DNA of 59,528 nucleotides, filler included, from Sphacelaria rigidula (Eukaryota), in the NCBI GenBank assembly GCA_964200075.2. It is 6 parts of 6 records of this genome, joined end to end, with 100 filler letters (N's around TTAATTAATTAA, not from the genome) between each part and the next. Parts side by side here need not be neighbours in the genome. Positions count along the whole stretch, not along the records: positions 9,940 to 19,777 come from CAXNAA020007656.1; positions 19,878 to 29,715 come from CAXNAA020007657.1; 4 more parts are not named here. One strand, given 5' to 3'. Made by a program: the position numbers and the translations under genes. The notes below the pieces were generated by a model that worked only from the letters and a program-made list of their open reading frames with translations, was not told the origin of the DNA and did not search any database. Positions 13,831 through 27,244 of this stretch are shown here, piece by piece; within the stretch, counting starts at the first letter, position 1, and the number at the start of each line of letters is the position of its first letter.

Positions 13831-14279
13831 GGGGATGAATAATCCGTTTTTCGTAAATTTTGAAATGCGCTCGAGGTTAGGCTTTTGTTGTTATGTTTTC
13901 GGTGTTGCAGACTAAAATCAAGTCATTGTGACGCCTCGGCGGGGTTCAAGCTTCGAAACGACCCCTTTTTGAACAAGGCGCATATATTTCCTAGAAAAAC
14001 ACGCATGAGAAGCAAAAGCCTACTCGACATATGCCCAAGTGAAGTGGGGATCTTGAGATCACAGCGTACTCCACAGCGATGCCCCGCAAGGGGGGCAGCG
14101 CCTTTTGGTACCGTGCCAAAAGTGGCGAGAAGAAACGAGCAATGAGTGTGCATGAAGAAGTAGATAAAAAGATGTGAAAAAGCCATTCCTGGGCGAGAGG
14201 CAGCCGCTGTTTCGCAAGAGGCAGCCCTTACTGAGGCAGAGAAGGCAGCCCATGTTGCGCGGGAGGCCTTCGCGCATTC

Positions 14280-15425
14280 AACGACTGCGACTCCGAGTTA
14301 TTGTACAATATCATAGTTATAAGGCCGACGACTACGACTCCGAAACGTGGGAATCGCAGTCGTTGACTTTGTTCGCGGTCGTTTCTCGAACTTGAGCACA
14401 GAAGTCGCCTCTGAGCCGTCATATTTTTGGATGAAGTCGGAGGGGTTGACTCTGAGTCGTCTCTGATTTTTCGAATTCGGTCGTGGGAGCCGACGCTGGG
14501 TCATCAAATTTCACCTCGGCGGTAGGAGTCAAGTCTCAGTCGTTGTCTTTTTTCGAGTTTAGCCTTAGGGTTCGAGTCTGAATCGCCCTTATTTCCCGAA
14601 ATTTGTCGTACAAGTCGACTCTGAGTCGTCCCTCGTTTCCCAAGTGTCGACTCATGAGTCGACGTTGACTGACCCTTCATCCTCCGAATTTAGTCGCATC
14701 CCTCGAGTTGGCGTCGTTCCTTACTTTTTCGCATCTCTTGGGCTGTTATTCACGGAGTTGTTTTCTGTTTGGACTTTCTAGACTTTTTCCGAGGAAACAA
14801 AAAAGAATTCCTCTCCGAAAAATGTGACAGCAGATTTCTCAACCAGGTCAAGAAACGGAACAATTTCAAGAGTGAGTACATACAACGTGGAAACTTTAGC
14901 GCTGGATTTCATTTTTTCTACAATTTTTGTTTTTTTGAGAAGTCCGAAGTTCTCCGAAAATGCATGAAAAGTGTGAAAATAAAACCCACCAATAATGGCC
15001 TCTAGCCGATCAAGCTGCTGAATGTACAACGGCATTTCGCTCAAGCCGCACACATCATACGATCTCGAGGCTAAGTCGCGTGACGCGCACTAGTTGACAT
15101 AATCAGCCTGTATGAGTAGACTCTGAGTCACCTCTCGTTTTCCGAATTTAGTTGTGGAAGTCGACTCTGGATCGTTCCCCATTTTTTTCAACTTGGTCGT
15201 AGGAGTCGATTCTGCATCGTTCCGCACTTGCCGAATTTGGTTGTGAGAATCGACTCTTAGTTGTCCCCGACTGGCCGACTTTAGTCGTAGGAGCCGGCTC
15301 TTAGTTGCCGCCACTTCCCGGATTTAGCCTTGGGATTCGACACTTAATTGATCGCCATTTTCCGAGTTTACTCGTAGTAGTCCACTTTCAGTTGTCGTGG
15401 TTCCGGTATCTAGTCGAAGGTGCGT
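14280..15425. repeat. Two arrays of a ~44-bp tandem unit (CCGAATTTAGTCGTAGGAGTCGACTCTGAGTCGT..) at ~14320-14720 and ~15110-15420, flanking an AT-rich core; probable foldback/subterminal-repeat transposon
   Basis: TCGAC-equivalent positions at 15161, 15206, 15250, 15294 and 15337. Each unit carries the palindrome GAGTCGACTC. Confidence 0.8.
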
Positions 15426-16308
15426 ATTCAAGGGCGGCAAAGCGTGCTGAAATTCTCTCGGAGAGTGCACCAAGCTCTCCAGAGGTACTGTGGTCTGCTA
15501 GCTTTCGGGGATCAACATCGGCGCTGAATCGCAACGTATTTTCTAGAGGTATGTTTTTCATACTGGTGAGAAGCGGTCTATGAAATGGGTATACTCCTGT
15601 GCACTTCATCTGGCGCAGTAGCCTTCAATGGTCCATCTGAAATATATTTCACGGTGTACACATTACGGTACCAAATTTAAAATCTTCGTCGTTCTCCAGT
15701 TTATGGCACCACCTATCGTCGTTTTCCAATCGAGTGCACCGCCAATGCGGATAGCCCAGACGCAAACTACAATAATACAAGCAGACATGTACGAGATGTA
15801 CGCCGAGATGTGCACCTTACAGATGCATCTAGCCAAAATGCACACCCTACCAACGCGCATTGCTTGAACATACACCCTTACAAGACAGTCCATATTAAGC
15901 CTGGATGTTCACCATACCAACGTACTCTTGAGGCCAACCATGAGAGTTCAGCGTGACGACTACGTTCAAAATAAATTCTGATTCGATTACTGTAGAAGAG
16001 TTTGGTTAGCGTCAACGTTAGGCCATGTCTTACCGGAACAAAATCGACTCGAAGACTGGCGGTCGAATCGAATTGGTCGCCACGAGGAAGTATCCCATAT
16101 TTCCACAATTATGTTGTTGTCAAATAACTTCTCTCTCATAAAGACACCCTGAATACCATCGAAGTGGCCCGAGATTTTTACGGGCACCATTCCGTTGGGA
16201 TCCCCACCAAATTGGTCACATCTGGTTGTCTTTCGCTCGCGAATATATCGTCGACATGTACATAATAAGGCTCCTAACCCCTGGGTGTGGGAGAAGTAGT
16301 CTCGGGAC

Positions 16309-16676
16309 ATGAATTCATGTGTAATGGCCTAGAAAAACTACGCCTTCTCGTTTTTCGCCCAAGACGAGTACGAAAAATGGCCAGAAACGCGAAAACAGAT
16401 AAAACACGCCATTCACAGGATTTTTGCTCCGAATGTTTTACGAAAATCACTCGGGGGGGCTCTTGGCACCCGGGCCTCGAAAAAAAACGAGGAAAACACG
16501 TGTTACTCGCGATATATGGCCACGCGAAAACGGACGTCTCGTTTCCAGAAACCACTTACTTTTCTAGGCAAAATTTCGGCCAGGTATACCTGATTCAGGA
16601 ATTCCTTTTCAATCGTGCCTTATCTGGGCCACCGATCAGCCTAGAACGTGCCTGTGCTAGGCCATTGCTTTCTACA
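16309..16676 (-). mobile_element. End of a dispersed repeat, copy 2 (homolog of 379-760)
   Basis: The reverse complement aligns along its length with 379-760. Confidence 0.7.
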
Positions 16677-17706
16677 CTACTGTCATGGGAGTGAATAAAG
16701 GCCTTACCGACCAAAAATCCGTTGTCAACAAAATAAATATGAACGCGCAGGGATATTGAAGACGTATTGAAGACGTCATTGACCAGTCGGACCTGTGTCG
16801 AACCTCTGCCGAACAGAACACACGCTCCACCCGAAGTTACCTACGTTTAGTATGCGACAGCTGTAATTTTTCCATCGCATAGTTCTCGAGACTGGAAGCA
16901 AATCGGTCTGTGGCACTTGACAGCCCCCCCGCGCACACAATAGATTTATTCAGCACCGCGGCGGCCTTGCTCAATTCGCCACAGCGGATCCGAAACGCCC
17001 CCGAACGTCGAGGAGAACGCGTTTTTAGTACATTTTGGCGGTTTGCAAAGTGCTGGGGGTTCCGCGGCACGCGTTACGGAAAGCCGCCGCGGCACTGAAA
17101 CGTTCTGGTGTGTGGGAAGCGCACGCATCAAACTGCAGTCCAATCCTCTGCTTCGTTGCCGAGATATCTGCGTTGAAAAATCGACACCTGCGGCTTCAGG
17201 AACAGCAGCGTTTATCGAGGTGAAAAATGGGGAATTCTCGAAAGCTTGGTGTTTCGAAACTCAAGAGAAAAGCGACCTCCCGCGCAGCATGGACGGCGTA
17301 CAAGGAAAAAGACGTTAAGACTTATCCCGTGCCTTGATATCCGCACGCAAGCTCAAGGCGGCGCCTCAACGCGCGAAGAAGGCTGAGAAAAAACTCCAGG
17401 CGGCCACCGAAAGGCTCAAGGCGGTCACCGAAAAGCTTGACGCGTCTGTTTCATGTCAGCGTGTTGGGTCCAGAGCACAATGATCTGTGCCGTAGGGTGG
17501 AGTAGGTAGCTGCGAATGAACCATTTGGGTTTTGCGTACCTCTCTGAAAGGGTAGTATCTGACACGGTTGTCTGCAACATGGGAGTTACGTGTCGCTTCG
17601 TTCATTCCGCCGCTCGTTTCGCTCGAAAAAGCTACGAGTAAGCTTTTCTGTTTTTGACCCCGCCCGTCGTGCGCACCTAATTATAAAATGAACTTGAAGC
17701 CATTTA

Positions 17707-17990
17707 GGAACATAAATGCCGTGGACGTATCAGATTTGGCTTCGTAACGGTCAGTTCGATTCCATCGTACATTTTCGAGTCGAAAACAATTTGATAAAAC
17801 CCCTATCTTATCAAATTGTTTTTGACTCGAAATCGTACCATGGAATCAAATTTGCTCGTACCTGATACGTCCACGGCATTCATGTTCTCAATCATCTGAG
17901 AAAATTAGTGGCGTGGACGAATCAGAAACGAGCGAATTCGATTCGACCGCACGTTTTCGACCCGGAAACAATTTGATAAGACACGGCCTC
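17707..17990. repeat. Palindromic MITE-like repeat (~180-bp hairpin at 17707-17888 plus an extra arm)
   Basis: GAACATAAATGCCGTGGACGTATCAG...CTGATACGTCCACGGCATTCATGTTC; homologous to 31680-31880. Confidence 0.75.
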
Positions 17991-18289
17991 ACTTCTGATA
18001 AGACCCCGCCTGACTGACCATCAACTCGTCCTGGATCATTTGACAGGAAGTTCTATATATAGCCGTAGGCGTTATGATACGGGGCTGTCAAGTAAGAGTG
18101 AGATATGAGCCCCACACGTAACCAATTTATTGATCATCGATCCCTGATCACCGAGAAACAGCACGGAAAGCAGGAACTGATTTGAGACAGCTCCGACGAC
18201 GAAGGCTCGCCCCGCTGCACGTGGGCTCGCCCCCCCCTCTCGCACGCTACACCTACAAACTCCTACAACAGTCCAATCGCCTACCACCT

Positions 18290-18988
18290 ATGGTCCCCGA
18301 CACGCTGGACATGTCCACCCCGGAGGCGATACTCTCCATCGACGCTCTGCACGAGCTAGTCTACGAGACGCGGGGGCCCGTCTCCACCATAAACCCAGAG
18401 AGGGTGATCGCGGTGATGGGTCTCACCGCGGACGAGATGCCGATGAACCAGCTCATGTGCGTCTGCGCGGAAATTCTCGCGACAAGCACGTCAATCAACA
18501 TCGCAGCCATCTTACAACCCTCCATCGCAGCCAGCGTTCCCCCCGACGATCGGGGGGACCTCCAGACCCAAGCCTTGCTCGAAGCAGCAGTCGACCACTT
18601 GTGGGCAGCCGATGGCACTACCCACGGCGGGTTGAAAAGAGTGGGCGATTGCCTCGTCTTCCCAGGCGCGTTCCCCCCATCTCCAGCACCGCTACCACAG
18701 GAACCAACAACCCCCCCTCCTCCACTGCCACCTCGATCGCCTTCCTCCTCCGATGTCCCGGTGGATCTGACGGACCCCCAACCCAAGCGCCAAAAGTTTG
18801 TTGGACAGGAGCTCTCCGACGCGGGAGAAAATACACACGGCAGGGCGGGCATGAGCGCAGCCGGAGCCGCTTCGGCAGGGGAGGAGGAGGACAGCGACGA
18901 GGAGCGATTGCTCACGCGGATTCACCCCCGCCGCCAGATGAGATTCCCCATTTGCTTCCCGGCACGCACGCTCAGTACAGTACATTAG
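18290..18988 (+). CDS. Intronless hypothetical protein (232 aa from ATG 18290) with a Pro-rich linker, PKRQK NLS-like motif and acidic tail
   Basis: Long uninterrupted GC-rich ORF with coding-like composition; TATATATAG at ~18054 upstream; no family recognised. Confidence 0.5.
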   Translation: MVPDTLDMSTPEAILSIDALHELVYETRGPVSTINPERVIAVMGLTADEMPMNQLMCVCAEILATSTSINIAAILQPSIAASVPPDDRGDLQTQALLEAAVDHLWAADGTTHGGLKRVGDCLVFPGAFPPSPAPLPQEPTTPPPPLPPRSPSSSDVPVDLTDPQPKRQKFVGQELSDAGENTHGRAGMSAAGAASAGEEEDSDEERLLTRIHPRRQMRFPICFPARTLSTVH

Positions 18989-20379
18989 AGGCCTCCCAGC
19001 CGTAGGAATAGCGTCCTACTGTCCAGCAACCAACCGCACTCTTGAGCTACAGCAGCCCCGTCAAATTAGAGTCAGTGCACTATTATACTGTAATATAGGT
19101 GCAGCTCTATGCCCTGCCCAGCTCACACAAAATTACAGTCAGGAAGTACAGTACTGGAAAAATTGGGCAGCTCTATTTCTCCGCAAACTTCACACCAAAT
19201 TACAGTATGTACACTATGATACTGTGATATCTATGTAGCTGCACGTATATCCTCCCGCAAATCCGCACAGGTGGTACGCACAGCACAACTACCCCGCAAG
19301 CCGATAGCCCAAGGTAGCATGGTGCCCAACCTTTGTACCGTAACACGAGAACTCTGAGATAACACACCCGCACGTCTATATTACAGGGTGCTGGTCCCAC
19401 TTCCAATCGCGACGTTGTGCACTCAGCACCCTCACGACCCACATGCATGTTGCCAGATCGCAGTTCCTACAACAGCGGGTACCTCCTTTCTTTCCGCACG
19501 CACGTACACCCCCACCTACCCGTAAACCGTTTCATACATCCCCTATTGGGGATATAGTTGTGTGGGTATCCCTGCACGCGGGATCAGAGGCTTAACTCCA
19601 CCGACGGTAGCCGGATCCAGGAGACGAGAAGCTTGGATGCAGAAGTACCGCAGTACTTCAGAGCAGAAGACAATGGTTTGATGTTTAAAACAAGGCGCTT
19701 GCGGCCAACACAAATAGAACAGACAGACACAGGCTGCTGATTGTCCAGGGAAGATGGTGCTCTTATAGACGATAAGGNNNNNNNNNNNNNNNNNNNNNNN
19801 NNNNNNNNNNNNNNNNNNNNNTTAATTAATTAANNNNNNNNNNNNNNNNNNNNNNNNNNNNNNNNNNNNNNNNNNNNTACCGTAGATTAGACCGTTACAG
19901 AGTGATGTAGTCACGGTAGCTATGTGGCCATCGAGGTCTGGCGTATCCCTGACTGGTGGAAGTCCCTGCACGTCTAACGTAGGTACAAACTTTGCTTGTG
20001 TGACACTTTCCCCCTTTACGAGTACCCCAAATGATGCGTCGTATGCGCGCTTCGTAGGAGGTGAATAGCAACGAACCCAAAAAACACGTATATGGGCCAT
20101 GCACGTCTCTTCACTATTTCCCTTTATAATGTTTGGGACAATTACGACTGTTGTTGTTGGCAGATAGCTGACGCTTACACGACCTACTTTTTCTGTCCCA
20201 GAAGCTGGGTACACTGAGTTTAGTCCCGTAACCGTGTCCAAATTATTTCACGATATCTGTCAATTCTTGGGCAATTTTTCAGTTGAACCTCTTGTTTTTT
20301 CCACGTCCATATCCACCATGCGGTCGAACGGCCGGAACAAGTCGAGTCGGCACGAGAACGGTCGCATTTCGCCCTCACT

Positions 20380-20890
20380 ACGGGGGATAAAAACATCGGG
20401 AAAAAAGAGTTAGCCGTCCTCATCGCCACCGCAGCTCGATGCTCGATAGTCTGAAGCCATATTGAAAGCCTCCTCATCGTATTTCACCCTTTCCTACGTC
20501 ACCGTCCTCTGCTGCGCCCTCACCGCGGTATGCTCTACACTGAACTCTCAAAACAATCTCGGAACAAAACTAAAAGAAAGCAACGAGATGTGAGACATTT
20601 AGACCTAAATTTTGTACAGTAACTCAGCTGCATTTTCTTCCTTGTAGTTGGATTCGTTTGCGTCATGTCTTTCTTATGAACCCAACCGTAGTATCGCCAG
20701 CACCTGTTGAGGAGATACAATTGCACCCCATAGTTCACCTAATATATGGGACAGGAAGCATGTATTTTCCAAGACTACTACGGCACATACGCAACCCATA
20801 CCCCCAAGTTGTAGACTCGTTGGTGCTTCCTGCGTCATGTTTAGGTTTGGGAGTCATCGAGCGACGGACAAATCTGGCACGAACCTCCGC
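20380..20890 (-). pseudogene. Relic of a hAT transposase C-terminal dimerisation domain
   Basis: FVPDLSVAR*L...AGSTNE followed, after a CAG acceptor, by RCWRYYGWVHKK...LSYCTKF. This resembles PxLxxVA..S..ERxWSxxxxIHSKxRNxL. Confidence 0.4.
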
Positions 20891-21539
20891 CTAGCTGATA
20901 TCAACTCTTGGGACTACGCAAGTTCTGACAAACGAGGCGCCTACTACCACCGGAGGGTTTAGGCCAGTCGCCGTACCGGTGGCGCAAAGGCGCAGAGATC
21001 TCGTTGTTCAGGCGCCCCTCTCTTGACAGTCCCGCACGCTCACGTACCATAACATCCCCAGCGCACTTTTTCGTTTTATTTCGTATTCTACTTAGTGTAA
21101 GCGTGAAGACCAAACCGAGCCTGGAATTTCGCTCCCTTGCCACTGTTTTTCGCGGGAACGTTTGCGCAATTTTCCCGTATGGCCGATTTATGCTCCTTGC
21201 TCTCGTTTCATGTATGCGAACCATTCGGAGGGAGGAGAACGTTGGTCTTTCGATCGTTATTCCGTCTTTTCAGCACGTCAGCCACTCCGCGTGGTTTCTG
21301 AAGCCTGCCTTTTTTTATCAACTCTTCACCCTCACCCTCGATTAAACAAATAAAATCTTCAAAAGACGATCACACTGGCTGAAAAAAAAAGTCTCCGTGC
21401 TATAGAATCAATCCGTTCCATTCCCAGTCCAAGGGACACGAGAAACCCCCTCTTTCGCAGTTGTGCTCCCAAGCCTAGTAGAAACTCATCACTAGCACGC
21501 AGTGACTCGCTAGGAGAACGTGTCGTCTTCCACGTAATG

Positions 21540-24500
21540 CTACGGAACCTCCTCCATTCCGAAGAATGTTCGGCTATTCTGGGCTGTTGCTCGAGCAACC
21601 TCTTCGAACGGAAGACCAAGGCACTCCGCCACCGCTCGGACAACAGCGGGTAGCGCAGAAGGCACATTCGGATTCTGCGATGTAAACACGGGTACCAGCA
21701 GGCGTGGGAATTGTGCGTGATCCATCAATCTGGGGGGCGTAATTATTTGTTCCTTGCCTGAGTCGTTCGACCATTGACCACGCATCCCTTTCGAGACGCC
21801 TGGGGGTGGAAACCAATTGAATGTCTGCCGTAGCAGCACAAGCGAAGCAGCCAATTGAAACAAGAGTAGAAGACAAACAAGACAGTCGAAAGAAGATGGC
21901 CATCCTCGAAGAACACAACACAAGCCTGCGTGTTCGAACAGACTTCATTCCCGGAAACACCAAGCGTCCTCCGACACTATCCAGTCATACAGGCTGACAC
22001 CAAACCCACATTCGGAACCACATCTCACGCAACTTTCAACACTCGGTAAGTGAACTTTCACATGCATGGTCTGGAGGGAAAGCCTGAGGTCGTCCGTGAC
22101 CGGTAGATGCACTTCTGGATATTCGCCCAATTCCACCGGTTCCTTAGGGTCTCCAGTCGACAACATGTGGGGACGAGGACCCAAAGACCCCACGAAAACC
22201 GACCGAATTCTCAGATGTTACCCATACCAATCGTAGGCAGCCTCAGACTTTATCCCAAGAACACGCACGCAGAAGTCCATTTTCCAACTGATGAACACGG
22301 CGTGAGAAATGATGCAATCGCGAAATTGTTTTGAGAGTGTGTTTTAGGCTAGTCAAAGAGAACGCCACCAATCACACTTCCTACATTTTCTCCCGTCGTT
22401 TCCAACAGTTGGGAGACAAAATGACACATCCGTTTTCCTCGCTACGAGCTCGAGGTCTTCAGAGCTCCATTTATTTAACGCCACTCGGTTTCACGAATTT
22501 CTTCACGTCTCAGGACATTGCCGGTGGCCAGGGACCCCGAGAAAGCCGTGAGACCAGTGGCGGAAGAACACCGACATGCTCATGGCCTTGGGCGCCCTCC
22601 AGAAATACATGGGCGAAAAAGGATTACTGTTGAAAACGACCTCAGAATCTAACGTGCGAATGTTCTGAGAATGCTGTACATACAGTGGCCGGGAATCCTA
22701 AGGTGACCAAAAGACCGAGTCAATGAAGAAACGCCCAGGCACTGGTGAACTTGGGCCTGCTTCGGGAAAACATACGCGAAAAATGGTATCCTCACATCTG
22801 AAAACGGTATTAGAACGACCAAACGTGAAACTGTTCCTACAATGGGAGACTTTAGCATGGCCGGGAACCTCGAGAATACCGCAAGACCGATTACGGGAAG
22901 GAACACCCGCCCACGAGTGATCTCGGGGCATCCTTCAGAAACACGTGCGAGAAACGGTGTTCCCACTAAAGGCGGCCTGAGAATAAAGCAAAGGTGAACT
23001 CGTTCCGAGAATGTTGGATACACAATTGCCAGGGACCCCAATGAGTCAGTGAAAAGGAATAGAGATATGTTGCTGAGATACCGGGGGTGTTGGGCGTCCT
23101 TCTAGAGCACGTCCGCGAAAGTGTTTTCTTCGTTTTCTAAAAGCTGCATGAGACATGGGGCAAACGTGAAACTCTCCCGAAAATGTGGTACGCACAAAAC
23201 CCGGGGACACGGAAAAGCCGGTGCGATCGAGCGAAAGGAGAAGTATCCACACATCAGCGGCCTTGGGCATCATTCAGAGACATCTGCGTAATTTCTGCTT
23301 CTTGACTCTTACAAACGGTCTGGGAAATGAAGCGACCGAGCAGATGTTTCGACATTGTACGGCACATAGTGGGGCCACGAGGAGGGAATCGCACTTCTTT
23401 TACAGACAATACCATGTTTGGCTCAACCTCTCTGAACTCGTCCCACGGTACCTCCTCAAATTTCGTGTAGGCTGCATACCGCACTCCACCCTTACAGCGG
23501 TCTTGTGCTGGGCGCACACTATTGTTCGCGGCACCCATCAAGTGCAAAAAACATGCTGCGCATCTACGAGAACACTGCTCAAAACAGACCTCTCATGAAA
23601 AAAAAGCGGCGTGATTGGTTTTCGGATATTCAACCCCAATGACCCCTGTAAACCTCGAGAACCCGTGTTACGTACGCCCCTAGTACCCCATCACGGCCCG
23701 GCACTGAGAAAAAAGCCACCTAACAATTATTCCTACATACTGAGAAGTACTAGCATAAGTTGTCTGGATCTGTGTTTGTGTGCGCGGGAAAAACGTTAGC
23801 TAACAAAATTTGGGGTTTCCTCCGCAGGCCAGCTCGTCGGGGACAGCCGACAGCTACATTCGTAAAGAACCATCGCTCGACCGAAAATGACTCTACATTG
23901 AGTAAAACCTTCCAAGCACCGTCCATCCGGTATTACAGGGCGAACGGTGGTCGTCGCTGCTTCACTTTCGTGCCGCAACAGGAACACATCACATCACATG
24001 AAAGCAACCAGACTGTCCAAATGCCTGGGGAACAAACGCATCCAAGGGAAGCTCACCTGCTGCTTCGGTTTGCTGTGCCCTTTTCGGCACCCTGGGAACC
24101 CGAGATAAGGAGCGTCCGTTTCGACCATCAATCGATGCAAAGGAATTTGCTTCACCTGGCGGTGGATGTTAGGATTCGTGCAGCGGACGTAAGCATCTCA
24201 CCCAGCTCTCGGCCAAAATTCATGCGAAGCATGTGCATCGTACTTTTCGGTGAGGGGGCCTCCATCGCCGACACTACACGACGTGAAAAGCTCAAGTAGA
24301 AAACGCATCACAGCTCACGAGAGATCCTAACCTTGGTTGCTGAGCGGTCTGTCTTCAGTCGTAGTTCGTTTACCAACATCTAAATAACTTCAGGGTGAGT
24401 ATCCCGGCCGTCGACCGAACAGGATATAATCACATGTCGCGAAGACCCCCTGACCCCATAGAAACACCCCCGAAAAACACGGTGTGTGTAGATTGGGCAC

Positions 24501-25698
24501 GTACATTCTCGGGGGGGAAAACTACTCCAAGACTCTCACTAAAACCACAAAACCCGTTCAGAATACATTAGCCATGCCGATCATATTTACAGCAAGATGG
24601 GTGCCTACATTTGAGCCACGCACGATCGTGCTCTACCCTCTACTCACCGCCGCCCTAAGCGCTTCACCATGTTTAGCCTTGCAGATGAATCCTGTCACCC
24701 CCACGAAAAAACCCATTTCTATGTACACAGCTAGCTCCTGTCACGCGGTCACCAACGCACAGCAGTGGGAAAGTGGCCAACCATACCAACAACGACGGAG
24801 GAAGCGACGTTAGTGCTTCGCGATCCACGACACGTGTTCCGAACGAAGAGAATTCCGTCGGACACACTGCGTCCCAGGAAACAGAACCGGGGGGGGGGGG
24901 GGTTACTTCGGCATTCCGACGGTACACCTCACATCAAACCTTACGATATCGTCTATGCTCCACGCGGTGAAAGCATTTTGACGCGAAGGGAGGTGCACTA
25001 CAAGAAAACCCCCCGATAATCATGGTACTGAGGGTAAAATTCGTCCGTCAGGAAAGGCCAGAGGAAAAGGGCGGGCAAAGATTTGAAGAAAAAAAAAACA
25101 GTGAGATCTGCCCGTGTTTGCGATACTTGCACGTGGGCATACAGCAAGGTGTGTTCGAATGCGCTTGTTACCAGTATATCCTTTTCTGTTGGTCCCTACC
25201 TCAGCTGTTCCGGTGAAGCAGTGCACCAAGCACGGGGGCAAGCCTCGCAGGGAGTCGTACCGTCGGAGGATCTGCCGATCAAGGTCGTGGATGGTGACAG
25301 AAATAAAGTCGTGGAATGAGGGCGGGCCCTACAAAATGAGGTAGGCACTAGATTCATCTGTGTCTCTGACCTACTGTATAAGTCGAATCAGCTAGTTTTT
25401 CATTTAAATGACAAAAGTGACAGGAAGGTACTGCGATTCGAAGGCGACAACCATGAAAATGTAATACAGTCGTTGGATATGATTCAGCACAAGACGAAAC
25501 AGCAAGAGAAAAGGAATATCTGGGTCTTGCTTACGTGAGGAGGGAACCGCAGCGCATAAGCTGCTGCACGTATCCTATAGAACAAAATGTAATGCTACCC
25601 GTCATAATGGCTGGGCAGTAGGTGAACCACGCGAAACTTCTCACCTCGATGAACGGACCAAACGCCCCCCTTTCGTGGAGAAACAACGGCTTCTTCAT
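21540..25698 (-). CDS. tatD: TatD-family deoxyribonuclease, 3' portion: exons 25698-25645, 25271-25200, 24737-24648, 24155-24057, 21674-21540
   Basis: Five phase-0 exons with canonical AG/GT sites splice to MKKPLFLHERGAFGPFIE|ILRRYDSLRGLPPCLVHCFTGTAE|ELAVYIEMGFFVGVTGFICKAKHGEALRAA|VKQIPLHRLMVETDAPYLGFPGCRKGHSKPKQQ|NPNVPSALPAVVRAVAECLGLPFEEVARATAQNSRTFFGMEEVP*. Hallmark TatD motifs LFLHxR, VHCFTG, ETDAPY and NxP are present. N-terminal exons were not found in this contig. Confidence 0.95.
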
Positions 25699-25809
25699 CT
25701 GAGTGGGAAGCAAATGCGCAGGGGGTGGGGAAGGGTTGTGAACTAACTGTCGAGCGATAATTTCTTATCTTGTGGACGAGAGTCGAGGTGATGGCGGGAG
25801 GGCGCGGGA

Positions 25810-27244
25810 AGTATTGAGGTCGTACCTACGTGATACTCCATACCGGGTATTGCCGAGAGCACTTACTCATTTTTGGGGTAGAGTATCGAGATCGTACCGA
25901 AATCTACTCAAATTGTGGGGAGAGTATTGAGGTCGCACTCAATTCTACTCCATTTTTAAGTAGAGTATCGATCGCATCCCAGTGATACTCTATACCCGGG
26001 TATTGCTGCGAGTACTCACCCAATGTTTGGGTGGAGTAGTGACATCATACCCAACCGTACCCATCATTTGAGCAGAGTATTGTAATCATACTCGACTGTA
26101 CCCACTATTTGGGTAGAGTATTTGAGGTCGTGTCCAATCTACCAAAATTTGGGTAGAGTGAATTCCGGGTATTATTATACCCGGGTGCTCAAGAGTACAT
26201 AACCTACTCAACATGCCCTTGTAACTTGCATTTGTATCCACGCTGTTGAAAACCCAGTGTTCGCGCGTCTAATGATCCTACACACAAATCTATCTTTGTT
26301 GAGTTTATTTCTTTAGTTCTCACAAGTGTATATTTGAAACATCACACACTACCGAAACTACTGAACGGACAGCGTGGTCAGTATGCTACAGGACAAGAAA
26401 AGACATGAGTACAAGGCGTTCATTATTTACGTATACCGTGCTTCGCAGCAGTTTGTACAGAGCGCGAAATATTGCCTACTGACAACATCAAGGGCATCTC
26501 TTGGTGTCGTATTGTATTCCTACTTCACTTCACAAGTATACATGTTGACATCACACGCTACCGAATCTACTCTACAGATTGATATTACTACAGTACGTCG
26601 TAATGTACTTTTGCACATAATAGTATACTGTGTTGTCCTGTACTGCAGTATACTTACTATATTCACTGCAATGTCTCTAGCAGTTTTGGTAGCGTGTGGT
26701 TCGCCGTGGCGCTCCATTTTTACTTCGTCTATCCGTCTACTCAAATACACGCATGAAGGTGGTGGGCGCTCTGTGCTGGAAACTGAAGTGTGTCCACAAT
26801 TTGAAGTTATCATCTACGGGGTGATGAAACAATACGCTTAGTTTCGCTGGTGGTCATCATCAGCCCTCACAGTCAAGGTAGGCTGTGACGTGACGTCACG
26901 AAGTCACCAGCGGTCAGAGTTGCTGAGATTACTCACCCAAAATATTGAGTAGAGTATTGAGGTCGTCCCCAACCCTACCTAAACGTTGTGTCTAGTGTTG
27001 AGGCCATGCCCAAATGATACTCTATATAAAGGTATTGCTGAGAGTATTCACCCAAAATATTGGGTAGAGTATTGAGATCACACCAAATATATACTCAGTA
27101 GCCGGGTATTGCTGAGAGTACGCACCAAATATTTTGGTGGAGTATTTGAGATCGAACCCGATCTACGCAAAGCTTGTGTGGAGTCAATACCCGGGTACAA
27201 TACCCGAGTACTCAAGGGTACATACCCTACCCAACACACCCTTA
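25810..27244. mobile_element. Two partial copies (~25810-26221, ~26878-27244) of the GAGTAGAGTATT 41-bp subterminal-repeat element
   Basis: Same repeat unit and same right end (GTACAT...CCCTT(G/A)) as element 52787-53888; internal segment 26878-26925 matches 53550-53597. Confidence 0.75.

Noticed and set aside
16760..17480. Cys-containing and coiled-coil-like broken frames (ARKLKAAPQRAKKAEKKLQ)
   Set aside because: Possibly a transposase N-terminal relic, but no diagnostic motif supports a call.
23760..24299. 179-aa + strand ORF
   Set aside because: It is the antisense shadow of the TatD ETDAPY exon and its introns.
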